The position numbers and the translations under genes were made by a program. The notes below the pieces were generated by a model, which saw only the letters and a list, made by a program, of their open reading frames with translations, ran no database searches and was not told the origin of the DNA. DNA of 64,000 nucleotides from Diplonema papillatum (Eukaryota): assembly GCA_030068145.1 (NCBI GenBank), contig JAPJBO010000148.1, forward strand, positions 144,409 through 208,408. The letters are read 5' to 3'. This document shows, in pieces, positions 43,070-54,334 of the stretch. How positions within the stretch are numbered: position 1 is the stretch's first letter; each line of letters starts with the position of its first letter.

Positions 43070-45530
43070 CTCTAGTTGACTCTCGTCTGGGTTTGACTCT
43101 CGTTTAACTCTAGGCTGACTCTAGTTGACTCTCGTCTGGGTTTGACTCTCGTTTAACTCCAGGCTGACTCTAGTTGACTCTCGTCTGGGTTTGACTCTCG
43201 TTTAACTCTAGGCTGACTCTAGTTGACTCTCGTCTGGGTTTGACTCTCGTTTAACTCTAGGCTGACTCTAGTTGACTCTCGTCTGGGTTTGACTCTCGTT
43301 TAACTCTAGGCTGACTCTAGTTGACTCTCGTCTGGGTTTGACTCTCGTTTAACTCTAGGCTGACTCTAGTTGACTCTCGTCTGGGTTTGACTCTCGTTTA
43401 ACTCCAGGCTGACTCTAGTTGACTCTCGTCTGGGTTTGACTCTCGTTTAACTCTAGGCTGACTCTAGTTGACTCTCGTCTGGGTTTGACTCTCGTTTAAC
43501 TCCAGGCTGACTCTAGTTGACTCTCGTCTGGGTTTGACTCTCGTTTAACTCTAGGCTGACTCTAGTTGACTCTCGTCTGGGTTTGACTCTCGTTTAACTC
43601 CAGGCTGACTCTAGTTGACTCTCGTCTGGGTTTGACTCTCGTTTAACTCCAGGCTGACTCTAGTTGACTCTCGTCTGGGTTTGACTCTCGTTTAACTCTA
43701 GGCTGACTCTAGTTGACTCTCGTCTGGGTTTGACTCTCGTTTAACTCTAGGCTGACTCTAGTTGACTCTCGTCTGGGTTTGACTCTCGTTTAACTCTAGG
43801 CTGACTCTAGTTGACTCTCGTCTGGGTTTGACTCTCGTTTAACTCTAGGCTGACTCTAGTTGACTCTCGTCTGGGTTTGACTCTCGTTTAACTCTAGGCT
43901 GACTCTAGTTGACTCTCGTCTGGGTTTGACTCTCGTTTAACTCTAGGCTGACTCTAGTTGACTCTCGTCTGGGTTTGACTCTCGTTTAACTCTAGGCTGA
44001 CTCTAGTTGACTCTCGTCTGGGTTTGACTCTCGTTTAACTCTAGGCTGACTCTAGTTGACTCTCGTCTGGGTTTGACTCTCGTTTAACTCCAGGCTGACT
44101 CTAGTTGACTCTCGTCTGGGTTTGACTCTCGTTTAACTCTAGGCTGACTCTAGTTGACTCTCGTCTGGGTTTGACTCTCGTTTAACTCCAGGCTGACTCT
44201 AGTTGACTCTCGTCTGGGTTTGACTCTCGTTTAACTCTAGGCTGACTCTAGTTGACTCTCGTCTGGGTTTGACTCTCGTTTAACTCTAGGCTGACTCTAG
44301 TTGACTCTCGTCTGGGTTTGACTCTCGTTTAACTCTAGGCTGACTCTAGTTGACTCTCGTCTGGGTTTGACTCTCGTTTAACTCTAGGCTGACTCTAGTT
44401 GACTCTCGTCTGGGTTTGACTCTCGTTTAACTCCAGGCTGACTCTAGTTGACTCTCGTCTGGGTTTGACTCTCGTTTAACTCTAGGCTGACTCTAGTTGA
44501 CTCTCGTCTGGGTTTGACTCTCGTTTAACTCCAGGCTGACTCTAGTTGACTCTCGTCTGGGTTTGACTCTCGTTTAACTCTAGGCTGACTCTAGTTGACT
44601 CTCGTCTGGGTTTGACTCTCGTTTAACTCTAGGCTGACTCTAGTTGACTCTCGTCTGGGTTTGACTCTCGTTTAACTCTAGGCTGACTCTAGTTGACTCT
44701 CGTCTGGGTTTGACTCTCGTTTAACTCTAGGCTGACTCTAGTTGACTCTCGTCTGGGTTTGACTCTCGTTTAACTCTAGGCTGACTCTAGTTGACTCTCG
44801 TCTGGGTTTGACTCTCGTTTAACTCTAGGCTGACTCTAGTTGACTCTCGTCTGGGTTTGACTCTCGTTTAACTCCAGGCTGACTCTAGTTGACTCTCGTC
44901 TGGGTTTGACTCTCGTTTAACTCTAGGCTGACTCTAGTTGACTCTCGTCTGGGTTTGACTCTCGTTTAACTCTAGGCTGACTCTAGTTGACTCTCGTCTG
45001 GGTTTGACTCTCGTTTAACTCTAGGCTGACTCTAGTTGACTCTCGTCTGGGTTTGACTCTCGTTTAACTCTAGGCTGACTCTAGTTGACTCTCGTCTGGG
45101 TTTGACTCTCGTTTAACTCTAGGCTGACTCTAGTTGACTCTCGTCTGGGTTTGACTCTCGTTTAACTCTAGGCTGACTCTAGTTGACTCTCGTCTGGGTT
45201 TGACTCTCGTTTAACTCTAGGCTGACTCTAGTTGACTCTCGTCTGGGTTTGACTCTCGTTTAACTCTAGGCTGACTCTAGTTGACTCTCGTCTGGGTTTG
45301 ACTCTCGTTTAACTCTAGGCTGACTCTAGTTGACTCTCGTCTGGGTTTGACTCTCGTTTAACTCTAGGCTGACTCTAGTTGACTCTCGTCTGGGTTTGAC
45401 TCTCGTTTAACTCCAGGCTGACTCTAGTTGACTCTCGTCTGGGTTTGACTCTCGTTTAACTCTAGGCTGACTCTAGTTGACTCTCGTCTGGGTTTGACTC
45501 TCGTTTAACTCTAGGCTGCCTCTAGTTGAC
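43070..45530. repeat. satellite, 49-bp unit x ~50
   Basis: ctgactctagttgactctcgtctgggtttgactctcgtttaactc(t/c)agg, very homogeneous. Confidence 0.9.
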
Positions 45531-45539
45531 TCCAGTTGA

Positions 45540-45990
45540 CTCTAATCTGACCACTAATCTGACTCTCTAGTCTTATCGAGTTTGACTCTAGTTTGACTCT
45601 AGTCTGACCTCACTAATCTGACTCTCTAGTCTGACTCGAGTTTGACTCTAGTTTGACTCTAGTCTGACCTCACTAATCTGACTCTCTAGTCTGACTCGAG
45701 TTTGACTCTAGTTTGACTCTAGTCTGACCTCACTAATCTGACTGTCTAGTCTGACCTCACTAATCTGACTCTCTAGTCTGACTCGAGTTTGACTCTAGTT
45801 TGACTCTAGTCTCACTAATCTGACTCTCTAGTCTGACTCGAGTTTGACTCTAGTTTGACTCTAGTCTGACCTCACTAATCTGACTCTCTAGTCTGACCTC
45901 ACTAATCTGACTCTCTAGTCTGACTCGAGTTTGACTCTAGTTTGACTCTAGTCTGACCTCACTAATCTGACTCTCTAGTCTGAGCCAAGT
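45540..45990. repeat. satellite, ~60-bp unit x ~7 (related gactct-based motif)
   Basis: tttgactctagtttgactctagtctgacctcactaatctgactctctagtctgactcgag. Confidence 0.85.
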
Positions 45991-46008
45991 CTACTGTACT
46001 CTGACTCG

Positions 46009-47113
46009 CTAGCCTTCTGACTCAGTATAACAGGGGGAGGAACAGAAAAAGTGTTTCGAAAGACACACCGCCGCCAGCCTCTTCAGCCCTGCGGTGGTCA
46101 ACCCGTGCAGGCGGTTGAGCTGCTCGGTCGACAGCGCGGAGCTTTTCGGGCGCGGGACCGCGGTCGGCGACGGGGCTTCATCGTTGCCCGCCGCGACCTC
46201 TTCCAGCTTCTTCGCCAGCCGCTCCTGCAGGTACGCTATCCGCGTGTTGACGTCTGCGATTTTTTTGTGCACCGCCGGCGTCGGCGCCTTGGTGACCTGC
46301 TTGATGTACCCCTGGTGCTTCTGCCGCGACGCTTCGAGATCGTCCCGCAGCCGGTCGATCTCCTGCGACTTGAGCTCGTGCTGCATCGGGCAGTCGAGGA
46401 CCCGGTGGCCGCGCCGCTTGCAAATCGCGCACCGCTCCGCCAAAAACGACTCCGGGATGTCCTTCGACGAGGTAGCCGGCGCCGCCCGGGCGACCGGTTT
46501 CGCGATGAGGGCGGGGTCATTGGCCGGCGTGGTGCCTGGGAGTTTGTCTTTGGTGATGAAGCTCTTGTCCGGGTCCCCCGGCTCAACGGGGCGGCCTTCG
46601 ATGTGCGGCGAGGATGCGAGCATTTGGATTACGAGGTGCCCGCGCTCGCAGGCCAGGTGCTTCCGGAGGCCTTCGAACACCGCGGTGATCTGCGGCACCT
46701 TCCAGATCTGCAGCACGCACGAGTACGCCGACGAGCCGGGAAGTGGGTTCTGCAGCCGCAGATGGTCGACCCACAGGATGTTCTTCGCGTGCGCGCCGCA
46801 CGAGTCCTTCACGTGGCTCGTGATGTTCGCCAGCGTCCAACGCTGCGGGAGGTTGTCGATCCGCAGCGCCTTCTTCTGGAACTGCGCCCCGTCCCCCGCC
46901 GGGTACGCATGGCTGTGCCGACACCGAATCACAAAACACCTTCCATACACGCAGTGGAACCTGCACGGCAAATCCTTATCCAGCTCGGGGTGGATGCCCA
47001 GGTACTCTTCCTCCGGCAGCGTCACCTTCGGGCCCAGCGCAATCTCCGGTGCCTCTCCTAAGATCACACGGAGGCCGCCCAGGGTCGATCCACCGATCCC
47101 CAGTTCATCCATC
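46009..47113 (-). CDS. putative RNA-binding protein with a Cys/His zinc-finger-like N-terminal motif and a CCHC zinc knuckle
   Basis: Minus ORF. The track start is TTG; the first ATG is at 47113 (MDELGIGGSTLGG...). It contains CRFHCVYGRCFVIRCRHSH, an RRM-like stretch (ALRIDNLPQRWTLANITSHV...), the CCHC knuckle CAICKRRGHRVLDC and a coiled-coil C-terminus. Confidence 0.5.
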
Positions 47114-47169
47114 GTCGTGCCGGTTTGAAGCGCGTCAAAGCCGTTCAAGCAGCCTGTGAAAAAAAATTA

Positions 47170-47290
47170 GTATGGCGCTTTCTTTTGTTTGTGCGCACAA
47201 GCGGAACTCGCATTGCTTTGGTAAGTTTCATGCAGTCCGCTGCCAACTACTAATTCTTAGTACCAACAATGCATTGTTAACGCAAAAAAG
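47170..47290 (+). repeat. family I, 5' portion
   Basis: ttagtatggcgctttcttttgtttgtgcgcacaagcggaactcgc...ctgccaactactaattcttagtaccaacaatgcattg. Confidence 0.45.
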
Positions 47291-47562
47291 GAGGGGGTAT
47301 GATACGGTAGGTGTTTAGCAAGCTGTGTTCCCCCTCCCCGGACGCAAACACCCCTCGTCGAAAGCCCGTGACACCAAATGCTGTCTAAAGCGCGGTACTT
47401 GTTGTCGAATTGTTGCTCGATCCCGTAGCCAATAGGTAGCGACGACGGGCGGTGCGCACAAATGGCAGGGACGCAATCAGTGCAAGCTGGGATGGTTGTA
47501 ATCATCGATCCTCATCACGACGCAAGTTGGAAAGATTTCCCATCCTCTTCAAGACAGGTAGC

Positions 47563-48190
47563 CGGAAGGCTTCCAAACTCGTTTAGTGCGTCAGTGTAGT
47601 GCACGTTCAGCCAAGCATTGCTCGCCCTTCCACGCGCTGTGAGTTGCGCGCAGTCCTCTCAAGAGGTCGTGCGCACAGTGTCTGCAGCAAGTGGCAGGGA
47701 CGTAGCACATGCAAGCTGGTGCCTACTCGCCATTTGGAGGGGGAGAAATAATAAGCACAACAATGGGTCATTTTTGTTGACGCTGCAGGCTTCCAAACTC
47801 GTTTAGTGCATCAGTGTAGTGCACGTTCAGCCAAGCATTGCTCGCCCTTCCACGCGCTGTGAGTTGCGCGCAGTCGTGCGCACAGTGTCTGCAGCAAGTG
47901 GCAGGGACGTAGCACATGCAAGCTGGTGCCTACTCGCCATTTGGAGGGGGAGAAATAATAAGCACAACAATGGGTCATTTTTGTTGACGCTGCAGGCTTC
48001 CAAACTCGTTTAGTGCATCAGTGTAGTGCACGTTCAGCCAAGCATTGCTCGCCCTTCCACGCGCTGTGAGTTGCGCGCAGTCGTGCGCACAGTGTCTGCA
48101 GCAAGTGGCAGGGACGTAGCACATGCAAGCTGGTGCCTAAGAGAAATAATAAGCACAGCCAATGGGTCATTTTTTTTTGTTGACGCCGCA
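47563..48190. repeat. tandem repeat, ~207-bp unit x 3
   Basis: gcttccaaactcgtttagtgcatcagtgtagtgcacgttcagccaagcattgctcgcccttccacgcgctgtgagttgcgcgcag... recurs at 47563, 47783 and 47991. Confidence 0.8.
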
Positions 48191-49323
48191 GCTGGCAGAC
48201 TCCGCAAGTATTTCTTAACAAAAAATAACACGATACCGACGATCTGCGCTGCTTCAACGGGCGTCGACGTTTCGACTCGGGCGACGGTGAAGGTGGACCC
48301 GTCCATGGTACCGACGCCTTTGAAGAGCATCGCGACTTTCATGGCGGGCACATTCAGCCCGCACACTCGAGAGCCGAGGGAGACAAAGTCCGCGATGAGC
48401 TCCGGGACCCAGTGCGGTGGCAGTGGGTACATCGTCACGAGCGTCGCTTTGACGACGTTCTTCGTCGACTTCGGCGTGACGCCGCGGTGGAAGATCCGGT
48501 TGCTCAGGTTCTTCCGCGCGACCTTGAAGAACGCCGCCGTCTTCAGCGGATCCGCGCTGCCCTTCCGCTTCCAATACGCGGGCATCGACGGGGTGATGAT
48601 TTCCGACGCTCCGTCTTTCACAGCGGGCTTCGGGTCTGGGACATGCTGTTGTTGCTGTTGCTGCTGTTGCTGTTGATGCTGTTGTTGTTGTTGTTGTTGA
48701 TGCTGTTGCTGCTGTTGCTGGTGATGCTGTTGTTGTTGTTGTTGATGCTGTTGCTGCTGTTGCTGCTGTTGCTGCTGGTGGTGGTGTTGCGGTTGAGATG
48801 CTGAGGGAGGTGGCCGAGCGCTAGGAGCAGCTGCAGCTGCTGCTGCGGCTGGTGCGGAGGCTAGGGCGGCCCTGGCGGGCGGCGGGAACTTCGCGGGAAG
48901 CTTCGCCGGCGCGTGGTGGGGCTGCTTCGTGAGCTTGACGGGCGGCGGGGTGGCTGGCTGGCTGGGGGATGGGCTGGACGACGGTGCCGCCATTCCCTTC
49001 ATCGCATTGGCGGCTGCCGCTGTAGCGGCGGCGGCGGCCTTGGCGACGCTGACGGCGGCTGCCCTGGGAGCTACGACAGCAGGCCCGGCCATCTTGTACT
49101 CAACGGTAACCGGGATAACCCCGCCGTGCAGCATCCCGAGCTCTTCGATGGTTGCAAGGGCTTTCACCGCTTCCGCCTTCGAGTTGTGCTCGAGAACGTA
49201 CGCGTCTTCTTGCTTCCAATGATTCTTGATTTCCCCATACGCACCGAGTAGCCGCATTGCTGCATCCACGGAGTACGTTGAAGGAATGCCGTGGACCCAC
49301 ACGTACTTCACGTCCGGCTGCAT
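48034..49323 (-). CDS. RRM-domain / polyglutamine protein (C-terminal ~50 codons read into the 207-bp repeat, so the true 3' end is uncertain)
   Basis: ATG at 49321-49323 (MQPDVKYVWVHGIPSTYSVDAAMRLLGAYGEIKNHWKQEDAYVLEHNSKAEAVKALATIEELGMLHGGVIPVTVEYK is RRM-like), then an Ala-rich region, then polyQ (QQQQQQQQQHQQQQQQ...), then a C-terminal domain. Confidence 0.55.
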   Translation of the reverse strand: MQPDVKYVWVHGIPSTYSVDAAMRLLGAYGEIKNHWKQEDAYVLEHNSKAEAVKALATIEELGMLHGGVIPVTVEYKMAGPAVVAPRAAAVSVAKAAAAATAAAANAMKGMAAPSSSPSPSQPATPPPVKLTKQPHHAPAKLPAKFPPPARAALASAPAAAAAAAAPSARPPPSASQPQHHHQQQQQQQQQQHQQQQQQHHQQQQQQHQQQQQQQHQQQQQQQQQQHVPDPKPAVKDGASEIITPSMPAYWKRKGSADPLKTAAFFKVARKNLSNRIFHRGVTPKSTKNVVKATLVTMYPLPPHWVPELIADFVSLGSRVCGLNVPAMKVAMLFKGVGTMDGSTFTVARVETSTPVEAAQIVGIVLFFVKKYLRSLPAAASTKKNDPLAVLIISLRHQLACATSLPLAADTVRTTARNSQRVEGRAMLG

Positions 49324-49593
49324 AACCGCTGTTTGCAAATGTGTAGGTATTACTTGGACTTAATGCCGTGTATCCAGCGGTAGCTTGGGGGTAAACTCGC
49401 GAGTCTGTCCTTTGTGCAGTGCGAAACTCGGTCAGGGTCTGTAACCTAACGAACAATTTTCTGGCTTTGGTGTCAGGCACACGGAAGGCAGTCAACGCAG
49501 CTCGCGAACATGCGATAATGATGAAGGTGTGAACTCATGGACCCTAGGCTCATCGGGAACAGCATAATTCTTCTGAGATCGACGGGGAAAAGG

Positions 49594-49718
49594 GGGGGGA
49601 AATCTTAGTTTAATGTTTAGGCAGAGCACTGCCTCTCATGCATGGTTGATGCTAGCATCAAGTCTTCTTCGAGGAAGATGTCGTCTAGGAAAGGGATGCA
49701 AAATAGAAAATAGAAAGT
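49594..49718 (+). repeat. family D element, copy 7 (near consensus; supplies the last 27 codons and stop of the 49636..50651 CDS)
   Basis: ggggggaaatcttagtttaatgtttaggcagagcactgcctctcatgcatggttgatgctagcatcaagtcttcttcgaggaagatgtcgtctaggaaagggatgcaaaatagaaaatagaaa. Confidence 0.65.
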
Positions 49719-50651
49719 TGCAAAGAGGGGAGTGTACGGCTCCCAGGGGGGGGGAATCCATACCCTCGCCGCCGCCCGTTGGGTCCTCAACGACAACTAG
49801 GATGTGCTCGCCTGCCTCGATGAAGCATTTTCGCGTCTCTTCGGCGGAGTTGACGGGTTCTCCGTTGATCGAGATGACACGCATCCCCTCGCGCATGCCG
49901 CATGCGAACGCGCTGAGGCCGTTCAGCACCCGTTTGACGACCGTGCCCTCGAAGTCCATGCCTAGCTGCTTCGCACCAAACCGTTTGATGTGGATGGTCC
50001 GCACCACCCCGTGCGCCTGCGCAGCCGCCGGCGCCGCGTGGCCTTTCCCTTGCTTGCCGTGGTGCTGGTCGGCCTTGCCACCTTTCCCGCCGTAGTCCTT
50101 CCCCTTCCCTCCGCCGAAGTCGCCCCATTTTCCGCCGTGCTCTTTCCCTTTCCCGCCGTACTCGTTCCCTTTCCCGCCGTTGTCGTTCCCTTTCCCGCCG
50201 TAGTCGTTCCCCGGCTTCCCCGCGGGGTCGGCCCCCTTCTTCCCGCCGGAGTCTCCTTTCTTCCCCTTCTTCCCCTTCTTCCCCGCCTTCCCGTCTCCCT
50301 TGCCGCCGTACCCGCCGTCGTTCCAGCCGTCGTTCCAGCCGTCGTACGCGTTGTAGCCACCCTTGCCCTTCTTTCCCGTGTACCACGAGTTGCCCCAGCC
50401 TGACTGGTCCGCGGGCTCGGGGTCATTCCACTCGTGTGCGCCGGCGTCGTAGTCGGAGCCTCGCCACGCGTCGCTTCCCTTGCTGCTTTTGATGCCTTTT
50501 CCCTTCGACGCGGGCGCCGGTAGTGATGCGCTGCTAAACGCGACGTCGTACGCCTGCGGTGCTGCGGCTTGGCTGTGGTAGCTGTTAGTTTGGAGGAGTG
50601 AATGCCGTTGTTTGCTAAAGTTGAACAGTGCACGGTGGTAGTAAAGCTGAA
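49636..50651 (-). CDS. Gly/Lys-rich low-complexity protein with a C-terminal PDZ domain (start codon not resolved)
   Basis: Hand translation: the minus frame is open from ~50651 (...SKGKGIKSSKGSDAWRGSDYDAGAHEWNDPEPADQSGWGNSWYTGKKGKGGYNAYDGWNDGWNDGGYGGKGDGKAGKKGKKGKKGDSGG...GGKGNDNGGKGNEYGGKGKEHGG...HGVVRTIHIKRFGAKQLGMDFEGTVVKRVLNGLSAFACGMREGMRVISINGEPVNSAEETRKCFIEAGEHILVVVEDPTGG). There is no in-frame ATG for ~300 codons, so the 5' exon or start is elsewhere. Confidence 0.5.
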
Positions 50652-52469
50652 GATAAAAAAATAACGGGTGTCACTCCGCCTCTGAGGCTGGACTTCACTG
50701 TTTGGTCTATTGAGGCACTTTCTTTTGAATGAAACGGACTCCCTACAGCAATAAAATAACAACCCCAGTTTCCAGAACCTTTCTCGTGCAAGAGTGTTTT
50801 CCCTTTGGTATTATCCTTCAGAGTTCAACCCCCGAAGACTTGTCCGGGGCCGGGGCCCTCGGTTACCCCAGGACCCACCCCTCCCTCAGCCAAATTCGCG
50901 GAAACAGCGACAGAAGAAATTCCTCTCCTCCTTCGCAAGAGGGGGGGACGAGGAGGGAGAGGAGAGACTTTGAAGGGAAAATGGGTACAAGGTATGTGCT
51001 ATTGCGGCTCTGAAGGCACGCTGTTGTTTGAAAAGAAGTGCGTAGTTTGTCCGGCGCAATCGGACAAGATCACGGATCTTCTCTGCGTCCTCGAATCGTC
51101 TGAGGTTCACACTTGTGGGGACCGTGTCTTGCAAGGCTCTAGGTCGATGAGGGTAAAGTCTCCGGAACTGCGGTCGTCGTCGGCGACCTGGTGCTGCAGC
51201 AAACATGAGCACCTCACGCTCATCTTCCAAACTGCCGAGCTCGCAAGCTCTGGGCCCTCCTGGAAGACGAGGAAAATCTCCTCAACCCTCATTCTTCGAC
51301 CGCCCCATCATCGCAGCCGGGATGCTTTCCCCCATCCTCCGGTAGCTCTCTGTGTGAAGCTTCTTAGCTTCTCTTTCCGCCTCGCCCTGCTCTCTCTTTC
51401 TCTTCTCAGCAGCCTTCGCGGGTCTTTCCCCGCGAAGCTCTCCACTCCTCCTCTCCTCTGATAACTTTATCGAAAGCCGCCGAATACGCGTCCGGCGGTT
51501 CTTTGGTTGGGGACGGGCCGTGTAACTGGGCTGGCCAGGCCCGACCTACTAGCGGCCCGAATTGCTGGATCCAGCTGCCCGAAACGTGTGCCTGTCTCTA
51601 TGCGGCAGCGCTGAAACTGCGTCCGGCGGTTCCGGTAGCTCAAAAACTGTGTCCGACAGCCCTATAGCTGGGCACGGGCGAGGGAAGGAAGTCGGCTGAG
51701 AACGATACGGCAACCTCAAGAAGCTGGGACATGAAGAAACTGGAAGGGACTGCGAGGGCGTGGACCGCAACGCAACGTTGCGGCTGCTAGAAGTAGGGAC
51801 GCGCATGAGAGGGAAAGAACACAACAGGGCGCCTGCCATTAATCCCAGTGCGTATGAACCGGGTGTGCTCAGGCACATCATGGCGGATGCCGTGCTGCCG
51901 CAAACGCGGCTGCACCAACGGAAGATGCAGCCGAGTGCGAGCTTGCGTTGGGCCAAGAGGGAGGAAGAGATGGCAGTGACGTTAATAATTCGCGCTGGAG
52001 GCACTAACACTCAACCCAGGAAGCGACGAGCAGTGCATACGAGGACGACCGGCTCTGAAGAGACCCGCGCCAAGGGACGCCAAGCAACCCAGGAAGAAGA
52101 CAAACAGATGCATATGGTCGGGACGCCTGAGCCGAAACAGCCGACGGATTACAGAGTAGAAATGCAGAAAAGAGAAAGTGGGCGCGGTCGGTTCGAGAGC
52201 GGCAAGCGCGGTGAAGGGAACGGCCACGCAGAAAAGCAGTAACGCCAACACGACTAGGACGAAGCTAAGACATCCCCGCTTCCATTCTCCCAGCCTCTTT
52301 GTCGCATCACGGCATCGGAGGAGAAGCTTTGTCCCGAATGCGGCTAAGAACCTTCCAGAACACGACACAGACTCTGGCTGTTTGGTTGTTGTACCCAAAA
52401 GATTGTGCGGCACCACTTTGGTTTCTGCCTCAAAGCTCCTGCGGTGCATGTAAGTTGAACAGTGTTTAA

Positions 52470-52720
52470 TCCGAAGAAACTGGGTCCAGACTACTTAGCC
52501 CGGTCTCCGTGTCTCGTCCCCCCCTCCTTCACTTGGTCGCTGGTCTTGGATCTCGCTGGTTCGTCCGGGCTGGTTGCTTCGCGCTTCCTCTTCGTTTTCT
52601 CCCCGTCTCCACTCCCTGCTGTGCGGGCTTTTTCCGTTTGTGTCACCTGTGACGCGGGCCGCTGGTGTTCAGAATGAGCTTGGCCGGCATTGCCTGCATC
52701 GTTCAAGTTGTTGATCGGTT
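52470..52720 (-). repeat. dispersed repeat family H, copy 2 (inverted relative to copy 1)
   Basis: See 5750-6000. Confidence 0.45.
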
Positions 52721-53104
52721 GAAAGCGGGGCGTTGCCTCAGCAAGCGAACTTGCAACGCCGACGTGAGTCCCAGTCGTTCTTGCGGTGTCTCCCTCCAGA
52801 GAAGCAACAACAAGAAGTGTTTGCGCAAGAAGGGACCAACGTTGAAGCCAAAGAAAGACAGGAGGCTTGACTGAAGGGGAAAGCCCGAAGACTGCGAAGA
52901 GAAATCAGCGCCCGCTGGCAGAGTTGGCAAACTCCGTGAAGAAGGCAAAAGCCATAGGGGCCTATTTGGAGGGAGAAGAGCCAAGACCAGGCCCGGGAAA
53001 GCTGGACAGAGACGGGGCCCGCGGGGAATGGTGGACCTTACAGGTTGAAGTTTCAGTCAGGAAACCTGTTATACTACGTTTCCCCCTGCTCCTTTTTCAA
53101 AAGG

Positions 53105-53230
53105 GTAGTACGGCGCTTTCTTTTGTTTGTGCGCATCAGCGAAACTCGCCTGCTTTGAGAAGTTTCGTGGAGTACACTGCCACCAACTACTACGTTCGAA
53201 TGGCATGGTAATACGAAACGACGTTTTCAT
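53105..53230 (+). repeat. family I, 5' portion
   Basis: gtagtacggcgctttcttttgtttgtgcgcatcagcgaaactcgcctgc...ctgccaccaactactacg. Confidence 0.45.
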
Positions 53231-53766
53231 CCGACTTAGCCTTAAAGGGGGATGTACGGGCGTGCTTCAAATGTTATGTGCGCGGACACTGGGCAGGCCG
53301 TCATTGAGTCTTCTCCGGAAGAGGAAAGGGACGGAAACAAGAAGGGAGCATAAGACGCCGTTAGTAAGGAGAGAACCCATGGGGACCTCCCGGCCCTTCT
53401 GGGTTCTTCTTTCGTTTTCTTCGCCGGCGGCGGTGTCGTGCGCGGCCCGATCTTCGTCTCTTTCGCTCGTGAACGCGGGCTGATCCGGGAGGGGTAGAGT
53501 TGTTCGACGCGCAACGGAGAGGCGCCGGTGAACAAAAAAAAAAAGAGAAGAATTGGTAGGTGGTTTTGCTTTATTATTGTACTCGTTAGTTGTTGACAAC
53601 TTGTTTGTGTCGAGGTGTCTTCGAATGCTACTCTAACGCCGCCTGCGTTGAATTTTGTTGAGCATCGAGTGTCGTAAAGTGCAGGTGCCATTTGGTAAGC
53701 AGCGGCTGCCAAAGCTTGCCGCGACAACCATGATCGAAGTAAACAGCTATAAAAAAAAAAGGTAGT

Positions 53767-54302
53767 TTAAATAAGAAAGGGGCTGGAGGGGGGGGGCGCA
53801 GGAAGGAAAACAAGGTGCGGGGGAGGGCAAAGATTCCTGTGAAGAAACGGCGGGGCGGCATACTTGTATCCGTCCCACGTCTGCTCCTGCTTGCGGGCCG
53901 GCGCGGACGGCCAGTCGGAGCTTGGGGTGGCGGCGGCGGCGGCGGGGGTCGGCGCGGCGTCCTCTTCCTCCTTGACGGCGAGGCGCTGCTGGTTGAGGCG
54001 GTCCCGCTTCTCGTCGACGAGCGCCCGCCGGTCGTCGGCTTCCTTGAGCTTCCGCTCGGCCTCGGCGCGCCGCTGCTCCTCCTCCTCCTCCTGCCGCTGC
54101 TGCCGGGCGAGCTGCTGCTGCTTCTGCTGCTGCGCCTGCCGCTCGCGCTCCTGCTCCTGCTCCCGCTTCGCCTGCGCCGCCGCCGCCGCCTGCCGCTCCT
54201 TCTCTTCCTCCTCCTTCCGCCACTGCGCCTGCCGCTCGACCTCGGCCCGCTGCTGCTGCTGCGCGAGCAGCTGCTGCTGGTACAGCAGGTGCTGCTGCTG
54301 GA

Positions 54303-54334
<32 letters not shown>

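Noticed and set aside
50805-52450. Several 150-220-aa ORFs on both strands (50805..51461 +, 51549..52010 -, 51760..52242 +, 51982..52449 -)
   Set aside because: No domain-like motifs, mutually overlapping on opposite strands, and low-complexity composition. There is insufficient evidence for genes. The region may be UTR or intergenic.
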